Source: Eutreptiella sp. 'Long Island Sound 2002'
Taxonomy: Eukaryota > Protista > Euglenida
Direction: 5' to 3'
Assembly: GCA_964036045.1 (NCBI GenBank)
Contig: OZ038379.1
Location: 22,134,001 to 22,198,000 of the forward strand
DNA: 64,000 nt
Shown: piece after piece, positions 1-32,159 of the stretch
How the letters are laid out: each line of letters opens with the position of its first letter
Position numbering within the stretch: the stretch's first letter is position 1
Notes under the pieces: generated by a model
What the model saw: the letters and a program-made list of their open reading frames with translations, nothing else
Told to the model about the DNA's origin: nothing
Databases searched by the model: none
Translations under genes and position numbers: made by a program

Positions 1-2523
1 CTCTTGAAAGGCAGGTGGGAGTCTGTTTTCGATTTCTTCAGACGCGGCTCATCCCATTGTTCAGGCCCTCAACTACACGGGGGGTGGTGCCATGACGCAC
101 TACTTGGAGCCTCATTTCAGTCAGCTTTTGCGTCCACATTCGTGGCGCCGCTGTCCCAAGTGACAACAGGGGCTGTGCTAATCCTTACATGGTCACCCCA
201 CTCCACAGGGATTACACGGGCTGTGCTGCTGCTCAAAGACGCCAGACGCCAGGACATCGAGCCCCCCTACAGAGCGACGTGCAAGAAGGCCGTAGGGTGC
301 TTGTATGCATTGCTGCATCGCCAGCCCCGTCGAGCCTCTGCACGCATACGCACACATGTGGCCTGACCAATATGTGTAGGGACGGGCTTGGGGGCCAAGG
401 CTGGCCCCCAAGGGGCCACAGCCACTCGCTCAACCCCCTCTCCCAGTCGGCATGGGGGCGATGCACTGGTGCAAACCAGGACTGCATGGCGCCCAAGGGG
501 AAGGCAGCAACACGTAATTGGGACGAAGGCGGCACGTGGTCATAAACGTGGTAAATGAGGGCGTGCGTGGGAGAACAATGTGCAAACGAACGAGCGCTAG
601 TTACGTGAATGTTTTCGAGAATGGGGGGGTCCAAAAACAGCCACATGCATCAAATTCGACTGAGGGCATGTGAACGACAGTACAACACTTGTAGTGACCT
701 TTACATCGTTCCAGTGAGATGAGCACATGAGTGCCCGTGCAAGGGTTAGAGTCACGGTCCGAAAGGTTGTTGGGGACGGAGCGCCACATGCAGGCCAAAT
801 TTCAACACCAACACCAACATCAACACCAGCACCGGCACACTCAGAAAAATGCCTTCAGAAAATCCCAGGCAGCACTAGCCCCTACCCCAGCCCCATCCAC
901 AACAGCAGCACCCCAGAGAAAACCGCATGCTTGTGCACTGCGGTTCACGGTGATGTGTCATAAAAAAAGCACCAAGGTGCTCAGCTCATGCCACACGGAT
1001 AGACACCCTGCACGGCGAACAACGTTGCAGCAACGCAGGCTGCAACACTACTACCAGATCCCAGAACAAAAATACAAAAAAAAGCACAAGCATGCGCATG
1101 TTCTTCGGTTGTTTTGGTGATGCTACAAAACTATGAGAAAATAGAAACACGGTGTCATGGAGCATTGCAATGAAGCAGCCACAGGCCTCTCAGCTGTCAA
1201 CATCGCCCCCCTGAAATCCCATGAGCATATGGCATGTGAGCACACCGACGTGCAATTGATTGCTTTCGCTGCAACTTCCTTTGTGTCCAAAAGAAGCAGT
1301 GCCTGCTCTTTTGTCATCAACAAATAAGGACACATGAGCCATGTGCATGTGTGTGGTTTGCGTGTCTGCTTTTGTACAAGGGGGATGGTTGCATTCTGCA
1401 TAGATTTATGACGTGGGTCAGGGTCCACCCAGCTCCAGGGAACAGCAATGCGTGCAAGCCCACCGGTTTGAAGTGGACGGGTGAAACAATGTTGGATCGG
1501 GCGGGAAAGGATGAGCCCCCGTTACTACCGGCAAAAAGGGTTTGCCACAAAGGTCAAAGGTGAACTTCTTGGCAGAGCGACACCCAAATTGACAGCTTCA
1601 CAGGCAAAAGCATCACGATGCTGAATGGCAAACGTCACTTCTTTGCTAGGGCCAAGCACAGCACTGCTGGTGACAGCAACCCGGCGCCCCTCCTGCAGGG
1701 GCGGCGGTCCTGAAGACTCGAAACAAACGCAGCGCGGTCTGCACGACTCACTAAGAGGACGACTCAATTGTGCCTGTGAAACTGCAGGTCCACCGTCGAT
1801 CTCGTACAATGCGCCGTTGATTAGCAGCCGATCGTGAAACGGGCACGACCATTAGAATCGTTGTCAGTGTCGATCTTATTGAAACAGGGCATGTGCACGC
1901 GTAAACGCACGCTTTTGAGAAATGACCTAAACAGGCAATGGCCCCGCCTACTGAGCGCAGTGCGGAGGCATTGACGGGTGTTGCCTCAGAGGGTGGCCTG
2001 ACGGAAGGTGGGAGTTGTTGCTGCTCCAGTTCGTCTTCCCAATATTGTTCTTGGGGGAGACGAGGGGATGGGGACAGTCGATCAGTTTGAAACACGAATC
2101 GCCCCACCACCACCACCACCACCACCACCACCACACACCGAAGTGAGCCCCCCGGTGGTTGGGGGGTGAGCGTGGATCGTCTAAGAACCGAGAGAACACA
2201 CCCCCAAGCGCCATATCCATGTGGACAGTATGTAGACTGCCGCACCCGCTCTCCTCATCTGCCCCAATCGTGCTCCATATCCCACATCCCATGCCCCCAT
2301 GCCCCGTGTCCACTGCCTCGTGCCCAGGGATGCTCTAGAGCGCGGGACGGGGGGGCTGAGACCCAAGGGTTTGTGTCCCAACAATGACGCAACACACCCC
2401 CACCCCCCTGAGGATTTTTCTGCCTGACGCCTCGGGGGAGGGGGTGCGATAAAGGCTGAGCTGCCCTCCGGGGAGGGGGGGTCTCCTCTTTTGTTGTTCT
2501 CATTCCAAATCACCAATGCCCAT

Positions 2524-2578
2524 GCCCCACGCCCCACGCCCCACGCCCCATGCCCCACGCCCCACGCCCCACGCCCCA
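2524..2578. repeat. (GCCCCAC)n heptamer tandem repeat, about 8 copies
   Basis: Read directly; G-rich (GTGGGGC)n on the minus strand. Confidence 0.95.
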
Positions 2579-5152
2579 AGCACGTCCACGCCTGCCTCGG
2601 GTCAGAGGCGCAGAGACGGTCTGCCCCATGAGGCTGCCCATATTTCCAGGAACACATCCCGCTCCACGTGGCAGTTACAAAACAAAACAAAACAAAACAA
2701 GGGCCAGTTCTGGTAGAACGCACCAGACCAAGTTGATGCACGGTGCACCCCTGTGCCCCCGTGCCCCTTCCTGCCATGATACGGAGCTGAGGGCGGCGCT
2801 CACGCATCCCATGAATGCGGGCAATGAAGAAGCACCGTAACACCGATGCGCAGGACTTCGATACGGATGGGGCGCCCTTTCCCTGCCGCCTGCCCCAGAT
2901 CCAGCCTCTGCAATGCCCTCTCGGTCCGCGTACTGAGCGCTCCCAAGCAGCGCTGCCACGGCGCTCGTAGTCCTTGAGGCACACCCACAATGGACCAGAC
3001 CACCACTCGATGCGGCCCGGCCATGGCCAATCAGAGGGCGCTCGTGACCGCAGATCCGCAATGACCGCCATGGACTTGCAGTAATGTACAGAGTTCTTCT
3101 CGCACACGTCCCGTGCTCCAAAGACCATTGAAGGCACCAACGGCCGGGGAGTGCCATTGGTGCATTGCAGAGCACGCGATACGTGATACAGAGGGCGCGA
3201 TGGATAGCGGTGGGGCTTGAGAACAACAAAACCATTGACTTGTGCGGACTGTCAGGGCTGGTCTCAACAGACTACACGGACAAATGTGCCCATCTGACGC
3301 AGGGGCGTCCGACACGGTTCCCGCCGCCAGAAAACGCCCTCACGCACGCTCCCCCGCGCACACGCACGTGATGGACACCGCAGGACCACAGCCCGTAAGC
3401 AAAGCGGGGGGCCACAAACTCCTCCTGAGCTGTACGGACTCCCAGGCGCCGTCCGCTCCGAGAGAAACGGCACCACAGGGCACAGGGGCTTGTGACAACG
3501 AGTGCAGGACAAGAGCAGGGACCTGCTGGGCCTTGGACGTACCCTGCATCCTGTTCCCTGGTCTGTGGGCGGCAGCGGTAGCAGTGGCATTGGGGCAGGA
3601 GAGCGGACAGGGGCCACAACCCAAGCGGCTTTTTTTTTTTTGGCTGTTCGCCACGCAGTGCTGAGGTCAGTACATGGGAGCTGGAGGACCTGACGTGTGG
3701 GAGCCCCTTTACATCAGACCCAAATGTCACGTTTTTTTGGTACTGCAGGCAATGCCTCGCACCCAAGGCTCTCCCATACATCAGAAAGGTGCCCAGTGCA
3801 GCCCCACAGCGGTTCAGGCGCTTGGGCCCAGCAGCAGCAGGCAGGCGGGCATGGCCTTCAGAGGCTGACCGCCAGCTGGAGTCGACGAGACCGCCCGTTG
3901 CGGGTCAGGGTGCGGGAAAGGGGTATGTGTTGCATAAAACCTGCCGTGCATATGTCCATGGGCGACGTTCTGCCAACGCACGCGGAAGACCAGAGCGTCG
4001 CAACGGGGCATTCAAATGGGATCAGGCCCCTCCGTCTGGGAGCGTGTGTCAGCACCTGCCCTCCCGCTTTCTGTGGGACATGTCCGGGTACCCCGTGCTC
4101 GCCCGTTCCCGACGACCCCCCCCCCCCGCTTCGGTGATGCCCCATAGAAAAGCGAGTCTTGAGTCATGAGGATGTGCCTCCGTAGCCCTTAAACACATGA
4201 TCCGCCTTTCGAAGGCAACGGTTTGCGTCAATTTGACAATTCTGCGTCTTCGGGAACGTCCGCCTGCACTACACCCACACCCCCATCCCGTGAGCGCACG
4301 TGCCATGCGCGTACCCCGTGCAGGCGCAGGCAGGCGGGATAGCACCGGACTTCCCACGCAGCGCGGCACTCAGCGCCGGAGCAGTAGCAGAGCCGTCCAT
4401 TTCACCGAAAAGAAAAGAAAGCCGGTCCCCTGCCTCCCCAGCGGCAGCGCGGGGGGTGGCAGACACCGATTGACCGCCGTTCCCGGCCACCCCTCCTCGA
4501 GGTCCACCTCGAATGCGGCCGCCATGGGGTCAAGGGTAGCGGGGACTGCCGGCACGGACCCCGGGGGCCACCACGATGATCTGCACAGCTCCCGGGGCCC
4601 AGGCCATCACTCCCGCCCCAGGCCCCAGCACATTCCCACGCTGCTGTGCCCGCCAGGCGGAGGAGGGCGGAGAAGCCGGCCGGGAAAGGGCATGCCACGG
4701 GAAAACAAGCAAACAGCCACACAAACAAGGTCACGAGAAGACCCCGGCACACAGTTCTGCCGCAACATGTGTTCGAGTTGTCTGGGTGAGGCCCTTCATT
4801 CCACCCGCTGTACCCCGGGCCTCAGCCCTTTTCTGTGCTGACAGGACTCGCCGACAGGCGTGCTGGTGTGTGTGGTCTTGTCGGCCCGTGTCTCCGAGGG
4901 TGGGGGGCAGGATCTCGCCAGTTTCTGGGGCCGTCTTCTTGGACAGCGCGCGGAGACTTGCAGGTCTGAACAGTGGCCCCCACCGCGGGATCCGCGTTCC
5001 CCTCATCAGAGGCGTGCATACGGTTCCCTCTCGCGCAGGGCACGGCTTCGGTTTGAGGCGCGGAACATTTGCGGGGGGAAATGGGCAGGTCGGGCCCGAG
5101 GGGGGGGGGGGGGGCTGTGGACTGCGTGACGCATACACGGCGGGAATTCCGC

Positions 5153-25518
<20,366 letters not shown>

Positions 25519-26016
25519 AGCAAAAGTCTAGAAATTAACGAACCATCACGAACCGATACCGTCAGAATGGACTTGGGATGGTATCCCGAAGAAGGGGGTA
25601 TGAACGTAGCTGAATTGGGGAAGTGAACATGACTCGTCAATTGGCTTAAAAAGACGAGCGGCATGCGTGAGGTGTAGAATCGTCCCGATAGATCTCGAAC
25701 AACCATTGTTGGAAGACATCTTTCGGCTAGATCTTTCGTTCATGAAGCGCAATTACCACGCATGTTACCGACGTCCAAAGAAACCCGTGGGAAGGGGCCA
25801 CCACGTATGGAATGAATCATGGACGTGCCCGGTACGTTTTGTGTGAGGCGGTGACGGTCAGTGATCAAGGAGATGCTTCCAAACAACGGCACACAGCCGG
25901 GACAACGAGACCCACCGGTGTTTTGTTGCCTTTGCTCCGTGCCACTTCCACCCCACAAGCTCATGGTGAGTTTGCCTTCCTCCCATGATTTTGTGGGTGG
26001 GTGGGTCCTAGGCCTT

Positions 26017-26260
26017 AGGCATTCACATTATCCCAAATACCCAACGGAAAAGCGTAGAAGATGAGGACCAAACGAAATGGATAATACCACTCGAATGCAC
26101 TTGGGATTGTGGCCCACCGACTGTTGGACATGGACGACGTGAAACGGCCTCACGCTGTTCCCCCAAGGCCTGTGTGCCGAGAACAAGCTTGTCAGTACCT
26201 GCTGGGGTTAGAGGGCGCGTCTGTGATTGCTGTCGACTAGAAGTGAAAAAGGTCAGATGG
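26017..26260 (-). pseudogene. Degenerate copy of the DNAAF1 start-codon region plus upstream module
   Basis: AGGCATTCACATTATCCCAAATACCC resembles the real exon-1 start (25490-25518); ATG lost. 26084-26260 is repeated directly at 27387-27563. Confidence 0.7.
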
Positions 26261-27083
26261 GGGGGCCACATTTAGGCGAGTTGAACGCTTCAGCACAGGG
26301 GGGGGGGGGGGTCGCGGCCCGTACTCAAGTTGGGTGTCGCGCAACAGGCCGGCGACGAATTTGTGGCCAAGCAGACATTTATTTCTTTGTTTCGGAACGG
26401 TATGAATGCGTTTTTTATATCATTATGATTGGAACATACATAGTTTTCATTATGGTACAATTTCCTGCTGGATCCGGCATAATTTGGCATGGTTGCCGAA
26501 ATGGTGCATTCTATGTAGAGTTGAACAAGAGTGGAAGCTGCGCACTGTTCGCTGTTGCTCCGTCTCCTTGGCCACAAAATAGCCGGTTCTGAACTAAGGT
26601 GTGTCGGTCTGTGGAGTGCATCTAAAGATTTGCTACTAGCATTTGTAATGCTTGCATTTGTACATCCCAAGTGGTAGTTTGGCCAAACCACTTGTAATGG
26701 AGTTCTAAACGGCCAAGTACCTTTTAGGTTACGACACTCTTGTTGTTTTTGGAAGCAGTGGCCCTCCATCCACCTTGATGATCACAGAAACAATGGCATG
26801 TGCTGGCCTGCCCAGGCCTTCGGCTGTGGGGGGACACCAGGGAGCGGCATCGGTCAGGCTCTGGTTGGTTGTCTGGTGGCCACCAACCATGAAAGAAAAA
26901 CTTTGTTTTGCCTTGAGCAGTGCACATCGCCCGGTGAAAAGCTGCAAGGTGTGTGGTAGAAAGACTCGGAAACAAAAACTTGGAGAAAATACAGCAGCGT
27001 TTCACATTTCTCTTGCCACACCGCAAGCTGTGTACCAGAGAAAGGGAAAACACAAGCTGTCACCGTTACCTGCTGACGGGACT

Positions 27084-27563
27084 GAGGCATCCGCATTATC
27101 CCAAATACCCAATGGAAAAGCGTAGAAGCTGAGGACCATCATCGCAAAACGAAATGGATGATACCCCTCGAATGCACTTGGGATTGTGGCTTCGGCAATG
27201 CAGTATCTGGCCCAACCTTGGTTTCTACATCAACGTGCCGTTCTCGGGGCCTCACTAATGGTTTCATACCGCGACGTGCTAGATGATCTGGTGCGGCAAT
27301 CACGGCACTGGCACTCCCTTTTGCGACGTGCTAGAGTGTGGACCACCTACGCAGACCAGCACTACTAGCGGCATGACCGAAGGATGATACCACTCGAATG
27401 CACTTGGGATTGTGGCCCACCGACTGTTGGACATGGACGACGTGAAACGGCCTCACGCTGTTCCCCCAAGGCCTGTGTGCCCATAACAAGCTTGTCAGTA
27501 CCTGCTGGGGTTAGAGGGCGCGTCTGTGATTGCTGTCGACTAGAAGTGAAAAAGGTCAGATGG
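27084..27563 (-). pseudogene. Second degenerate copy of the DNAAF1 5' end (27084-27188) and 177-bp direct repeat (27387-27563)
   Basis: Minus strand ATTGGGTATTTGGGATAATGCGGATGCCTC vs real ATGGGTATTTGGGATGATGCGGATGCCTC. ATG and upstream AG both lost. Mirrored at 39075-39554 (+). Confidence 0.75.
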
Positions 27564-27992
27564 TGGGTTGACGCGCAAGCGCATCTTCCCACCACTACCA
27601 AAAATTCAGCTGTGTATTGACCCCCATTGGGGACCAACACTACTCAGCCGCCACAAGAAGTGCAAGTTGCGGCAGCCAAGTAGCAGGATTGCCTGCGTGA
27701 TTACAATCCCTGCCCAACCAGGTATGTTACCAGTTGAGGCACAGTTGCTCAGCCCCCGTTTCATTTTCTTGTGCTAAAAGTTCTTGGTTTCCATTTCAGT
27801 GGTATGATGAGCTGTCGGGGCTATTGGAAATGTGAAAATATATTTGTGAAATGTTGGATGAGATGACACACGTTTGGTGAGCGCAAAGACATCTGTCCTA
27901 AAATGCTTGTTCTTGGGGTGTATTTCCACTTGGGAGTGTATTTCCACTGCCAAGGCTCGTGTGCCCCCAAAACCCAACGCAACCCAACCCTA

Positions 27993-28896
27993 GGGTGGCT
28001 CAAGGGGCAGGGCGAAATTGAGATATCGCAGTCGCAACCCAGTTAGACTTTGAATACATCAAATTGGGTTGAAAGATGGACGATAGACTCCCCCCTTGTC
28101 TTTGTGTCATCCGGAATCCTGATTTTTAGTGCAAACAGGTCTTTTGTGATATACAATATTGTGCTGAGACCACACACTTGACAAGGCAGGTGGGATGTCA
28201 GGTTACCCGAGCGGTCATAACAACCGGTTAATCTTTTTGGGTCCTGGGTTCGAACCCCAGTGGGGGAAAGTTTTTTTGTCCAGCCGGTGGGCCCCAAAAG
28301 TGGCATTTTGGTTGCGTTTTAAAATAGGACAAATGTTGTAACCATAGGTATAGATTGATCCGAGCATCCCCGTAAGCCTCGATGTTGAGATTATAAAAGG
28401 GGTATAAAAAGTGTTGAGGTGACAGTTTTGAGGCGCAGCACAAAAGTGCCCAGTGGGGTTCGAACCGGGGACCCAAAAAAAGTTGCGGCACTGTGTGGTA
28501 TTGGTAGAGTACAACAGGATTGCTGCATCCGCTCGCGCCTCTTTGTATATAATACGTACGAATTCCCATAACTCGCCAGCGGACAGGGCATACATAAATC
28601 TTAAGATTTGAATGTACCTTATTTTACATTCTAAAGAGATTCATGAAAAGAAATTTTTGGATACGCTGTCCGCTCGGGAGATGTGGGCCACATCGGTGCC
28701 AAATCAAGGCCAAATCGGAGGTCAACGGCGGCGGCGGCAGTCCCACTAGGTAAATCAGCCACTGACCAGTAGACTTGGCCATATAACCCGGTTTTAAAAT
28801 GTTCTGTACCCTCCCAAAATCGTTTGGGGAGACCGGAAAATTGACGGCGCGGAAGCGCAGCCGTATCTCAATTCCGCGCTGCCCCTTGAGCCTCCT
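27993..28896. mobile_element. About 900-bp MITE-like element, roughly 35-bp imperfect TIRs, TA-flanked
   Basis: GGCTCAAGGGGCAGGGCGAAATTGAGATA (27997) vs TATCTCAATTCCGCGCTGCCCCTTGAGCC (ends 28892); TA on both sides. Second copy at 37742-38645. Confidence 0.7.
28197..28267 (+). other. Degenerate tRNA-like sequence (A-box and T-loop/B-box) inside the MITE; not a complete tRNA
   Basis: GTCAGGTTACCCGAGCGGTCATAA resembles a tRNA-Leu 5' half. CTGGG-TTCGAAC-CCCAG is a perfect T-arm. Acceptor and anticodon stems do not pair. Mirror at 38371-38441 (-). Confidence 0.45.
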
Positions 28897-28911
28897 TACC
28901 AACCCAAATCC

Positions 28912-31117
28912 TGTAGCAGGCCAGAGCACCACACCAATCCTTCAAATCAGGGATGCAGTTTTGATTTTGTCCTAAAACCTTTCATAGTCCCTGCATAACA
29001 TGATAATAAAACTATCATGATATCTCGATAACTGTAACATACAATCACACACAATCTAAGTGTCTTTCATTTATTTACATTATGTAATGCGCAGCACTAT
29101 GCAACAATCTGAAGTGCGCGCGTGTGACTGTTGCACTCCCCTCCCAAGCTCACTGATACCCTTGTACCATTGGGCTGAGCCACAGTATATACAAAACTGA
29201 CACTGTCTTGTCTCAGGTCAAAACATGCTGCAATGCAAGCATGCGTGCAAAATTTGCTGTTTTCTCATGAAAAAAAAAATCCAAAATTTTCGCATCTCAG
29301 CCGCAACCATAGGCAAACAAGCAGCACAACCAAGGCAATGATGTTTGTTGAAACCACTGCCCATTGGGTTCCAAACCCTTAAGCTAATGTACAAGGTGCT
29401 GCAGCCTTGTGGGGCAGATGTCTTGTATTTTCGACTAATTTCAACTGATTTGACCGGTGCAATAAGAGCAGAAACAATGGTGCATTGGGCAGGTTAGACA
29501 TCGCGAAGGGGGGGGCAACAGCTGTTTTGGCCTTTAGTAGGCCCCTGCCCATTCTTTGGGTGGCCTACCCTTTTATCTGACCAAGGCTACAGACCTCCTG
29601 CAGTGGGGGGGTTACAAAAACAAATGTCTCCAATCCACGTGTTGTGCGCCCCACACAACACACCCAACTGGGCCCCTGCCCAGGTGTCCAAACCCTCCGA
29701 CACCCTTCAACACTTTCGTAGTGCGGGTGTGGGTGGACGGGCGTAGGCAGAAAAAATAGAAGTACCTGCAAATATCAATCTCCTGCTAAGCCACACCATG
29801 GCTGCAGGCCTGTTACCCTTACCAAAACAGCAGTGTCCAATTGACAGGCTTCAACATTTGGCAGAGCACAGGTAAGAAACATAGGCTGTGCTGCCTGCCA
29901 GTCTTCAAACCTCCATCTGCCATACGGCAGAAAACCAACACAAAAGCCACCAACTCAACACGAAAATGGCAACAACACCCATAGCAACAAACCAGTGAAA
30001 TCAAAAATCAAACATACAACACAGTTTTCCGAAACAAAGGCAAAGGTGCATGTTCGTGCAACCTATTCAGCACAAAACTTTGCTTTCCGGACCAAAACTG
30101 GCAAAAGTCATTTTTGAGCTGCATCTCACTCAATATACAGCACTTGAGAGAAAAAAAAACCCCAGACAAAAGTAACGAAGACAGCTATTCAGCATGCATG
30201 CACACACACGCAAAGACAGACACAGTCAACGTTTAGGTTTGCTCCTTATTGACTTTTCTCGTGTGCGCCGTCGTCTTTCTTCTGCGACCTCGAATACGCA
30301 AACCTGTCGCGCGTTGTTTTTTGTTTTGCGCTGCTTTGATGGAGTCGTCCTCCAGCACTCTAACGTCGTACTCCCTCGCCGGCGCTCCCCCGAACGATGG
30401 CTCCCTTTCGCAAACTCCTTCATTGTCGTTGGACTCCTGTCTTTGCGCCTTCTCACGAGCGTTGGCCTCCGCTACATCTTCGCTGCATGCTGTGGCGCCC
30501 TCATCGCCGCATATTCTTGGCACGCTCTCTTCAGCGTGACTCGCTGTGGCGCTGCCGGCCTCAGTACCTGTAGCACTCGCACGCCACGTGCCCGACGCCC
30601 AGACTCACGATACGGCATACTGGTTTTTTGGTCCACCCAACGTCGGAGGCACCCAAACTGTCCTCAGGGCTCAGGCTGCGCAGAACGTTCCTCAACTTGT
30701 CCTCTTCGGCGGGTTGTAGCACTGCTCTGTGCATATATTCGGTGAAAGGGGGAAAAAATTTGTTCCCGAACTTCGGACGTAAATGCAGCTGTCTGCGTCC
30801 TGCTCTGCTGCTTTAAACTTCTCCACAGCGGCCACAATTCTTCGCAACCTCAATCTCAACGATGTCCCAAAATTTTCCCAGTTAGGACGAAATTGTAGCA
30901 GGCCAAAGCACAACACCAATCCTTCAAATCAAGGACGCAGTTCTGATTTTGTCCTAAGACCTTTCATAGTCCCTGCATAACATGATAATAAAACAATCAT
31001 GATATCTCGATAATTGTAACATACACACACACACAATCTGAGTGTCTCTCATTTATTTACATTATGTAATGCGCAGCACTATGCAACGAGGTGAAGTGCG
31101 CGCGTGTGACTGCTGCA
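28912..31117 (-). mobile_element. Non-autonomous LTR retroelement (2206 bp) with gag-like remnant
   Basis: 224-bp direct repeats 28912-29135 and 30894-31117 with TG..CA ends; 5-bp TSD AATCC (28907-28911, 31118-31122); PPT GAGCTTGGGAGGGGAG (minus, 29151-29136) abutting the 3' LTR; empty site with a single AATCC in the right arm (37727-37731); degenerate knuckle CRIVSLGVGHVACEC (30617-30573). No pol. Confidence 0.92.
30882..30893 (-). promoter_or_regulatory. Putative self-priming primer-binding site
   Basis: ATTTCGTCCTAA immediately after the 5' LTR is complementary at 11/12 positions to TTAGGACAAAAT within the LTR (30957-30946). No TGG-type tRNA PBS. Confidence 0.55.
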
Positions 31118-31675
31118 AATCCACCCTTTTGTCCTTGCAAGCCCCTTTGGCTGTTGGGTTGGTTCACACAAGGAGAACCAATAGGTGAGAGTGAGCTGAG
31201 CTGCATTGAAGATGATCCCAGAGGGGGGGGGGGGGCAAACAAAGCCCCTAACGCCTAATTGAAGCTTTTGATTGGGCTTGGTTGTTTGAGCCACATAATA
31301 AACCAGTTATGATGCGCCAAAAAGGCCGTTTGCGTGTGCATGAAGCTCCTTGCGGGCCTCCGTCAAAGTGGAACTCCCATGGGGTTGGGTGGGATCCCAT
31401 GAGAAGGAGGAACCACAATGAGCGATTGGGCCTCAATGATCCTTCGTAGGTGATGAGAAAGGGGGGACGGAACCCATACCCATACGCTGGAACCCATAAC
31501 TCTACCCATCCATAACCTTACCTTGGGTTTTGGGTTGGTGCAAGTTGGGATTGGGGTGGGGGTTGGTTGAAGTTGTGGAACCCATAACCGTACCTTGGGT
31601 TCTTGGTTGGTTCAAGTTGGGATTGGGGTTGGTTGAAGGTGGAGGAAGGTTGAATGAGAGGAAGAAGATCCCAAA

Positions 31676-31867
31676 GGGTGAGCCACACCTGCCGGTAGTG
31701 CAATAGCAGGGCGACTCGTGTCATGGGACTCAGCAAGCTGAGGGGAACCCCATGACCCCATTGACAAATTAGTTTAATTTCTTATCCAGCAGTGCTGGAT
31801 ATATCAGAAATTAAGCTGATAAGAACAGATACTACACTTGATCTTAGCCAAAAGGCCGAGAAGGTAT
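31676..31867 (-). ncRNA. U2: U2 spliceosomal snRNA gene, intact (about 192 nt)
   Basis: ATACCTTCTCGGCCTTTTGGCTAAGATCAAGTGTAGTATCTGTTCTTATCAG 5' end, branch-recognition GTAGTA, stems IIa/IIb, Sm site AATTTGT (31770-31764), stem III, and stem-loop IV with loop TATTGCACTACC. Confidence 0.97.
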
Positions 31868-31919
31868 GCGATGCCGTTGGCGCTAAGGGGGGGCCTAAAC
31901 CTATGCAAATTCACCACTA

Positions 31920-31933
31920 TGAGTTGGTTTTGG
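31920..31933 (-). promoter_or_regulatory. Candidate snRNA proximal/upstream sequence element CCAAAACCAACTCA (-66 to -53 of U2)
   Basis: Identical 14-mer at -65 to -52 of the second U2 copy (36940-36953), where surrounding upstream DNA is diverged. Confidence 0.5.
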
Positions 31934-32159
31934 TCATTTTCTTCTTCACATGTTAGTGCATGTTGGTTTAAATGTCAAGATACTAGCACACCATAAACGA
32001 TACCTAGGCCATCAACCCAAACAGGCCTACAAACTTCTTCTTGTTCTCGGCTGCATACAAGTAGAGATAATCGACCGACAAGGGTAAAACGGCAATGCGC
32101 ACCAGAAAAAAAACACAGAATAAAATTGAGTTACTTAATAGAAACATGCAAAAAAAACA

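Larger units (their letters stand above)
26785..31870. repeat. Left arm of inverted segmental duplication (26785-28911 and 31123-31870, interrupted by an LTR element)
   Basis: Reverse complement of 37002-39853. Coordinate sums are constant (66638 outer part, 68849 inner part; difference 2211 = 2206-bp insertion + 5-bp TSD). Only a handful of substitutions seen. Confidence 0.97.

Noticed and set aside
1948-2075. AG..GT-bounded segment on the minus strand that could be an exon
   Set aside because: No recognisable product in any frame, and cannot be chained to a gene in the window.
2800-3030. GVPQG peptide resembling a reverse transcriptase motif
   Set aside because: No SP or YADD context follows; chance match.
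28197-28267. Functional tRNA gene
   Set aside because: Acceptor and anticodon stems cannot form; kept only as tRNA-like.
31676-31867. U2-targeting element (Utopia/Keno-type) association
   Set aside because: Neither U2 copy is interrupted; the LTR insertion is about 560 bp downstream and has no RT or endonuclease ORF.
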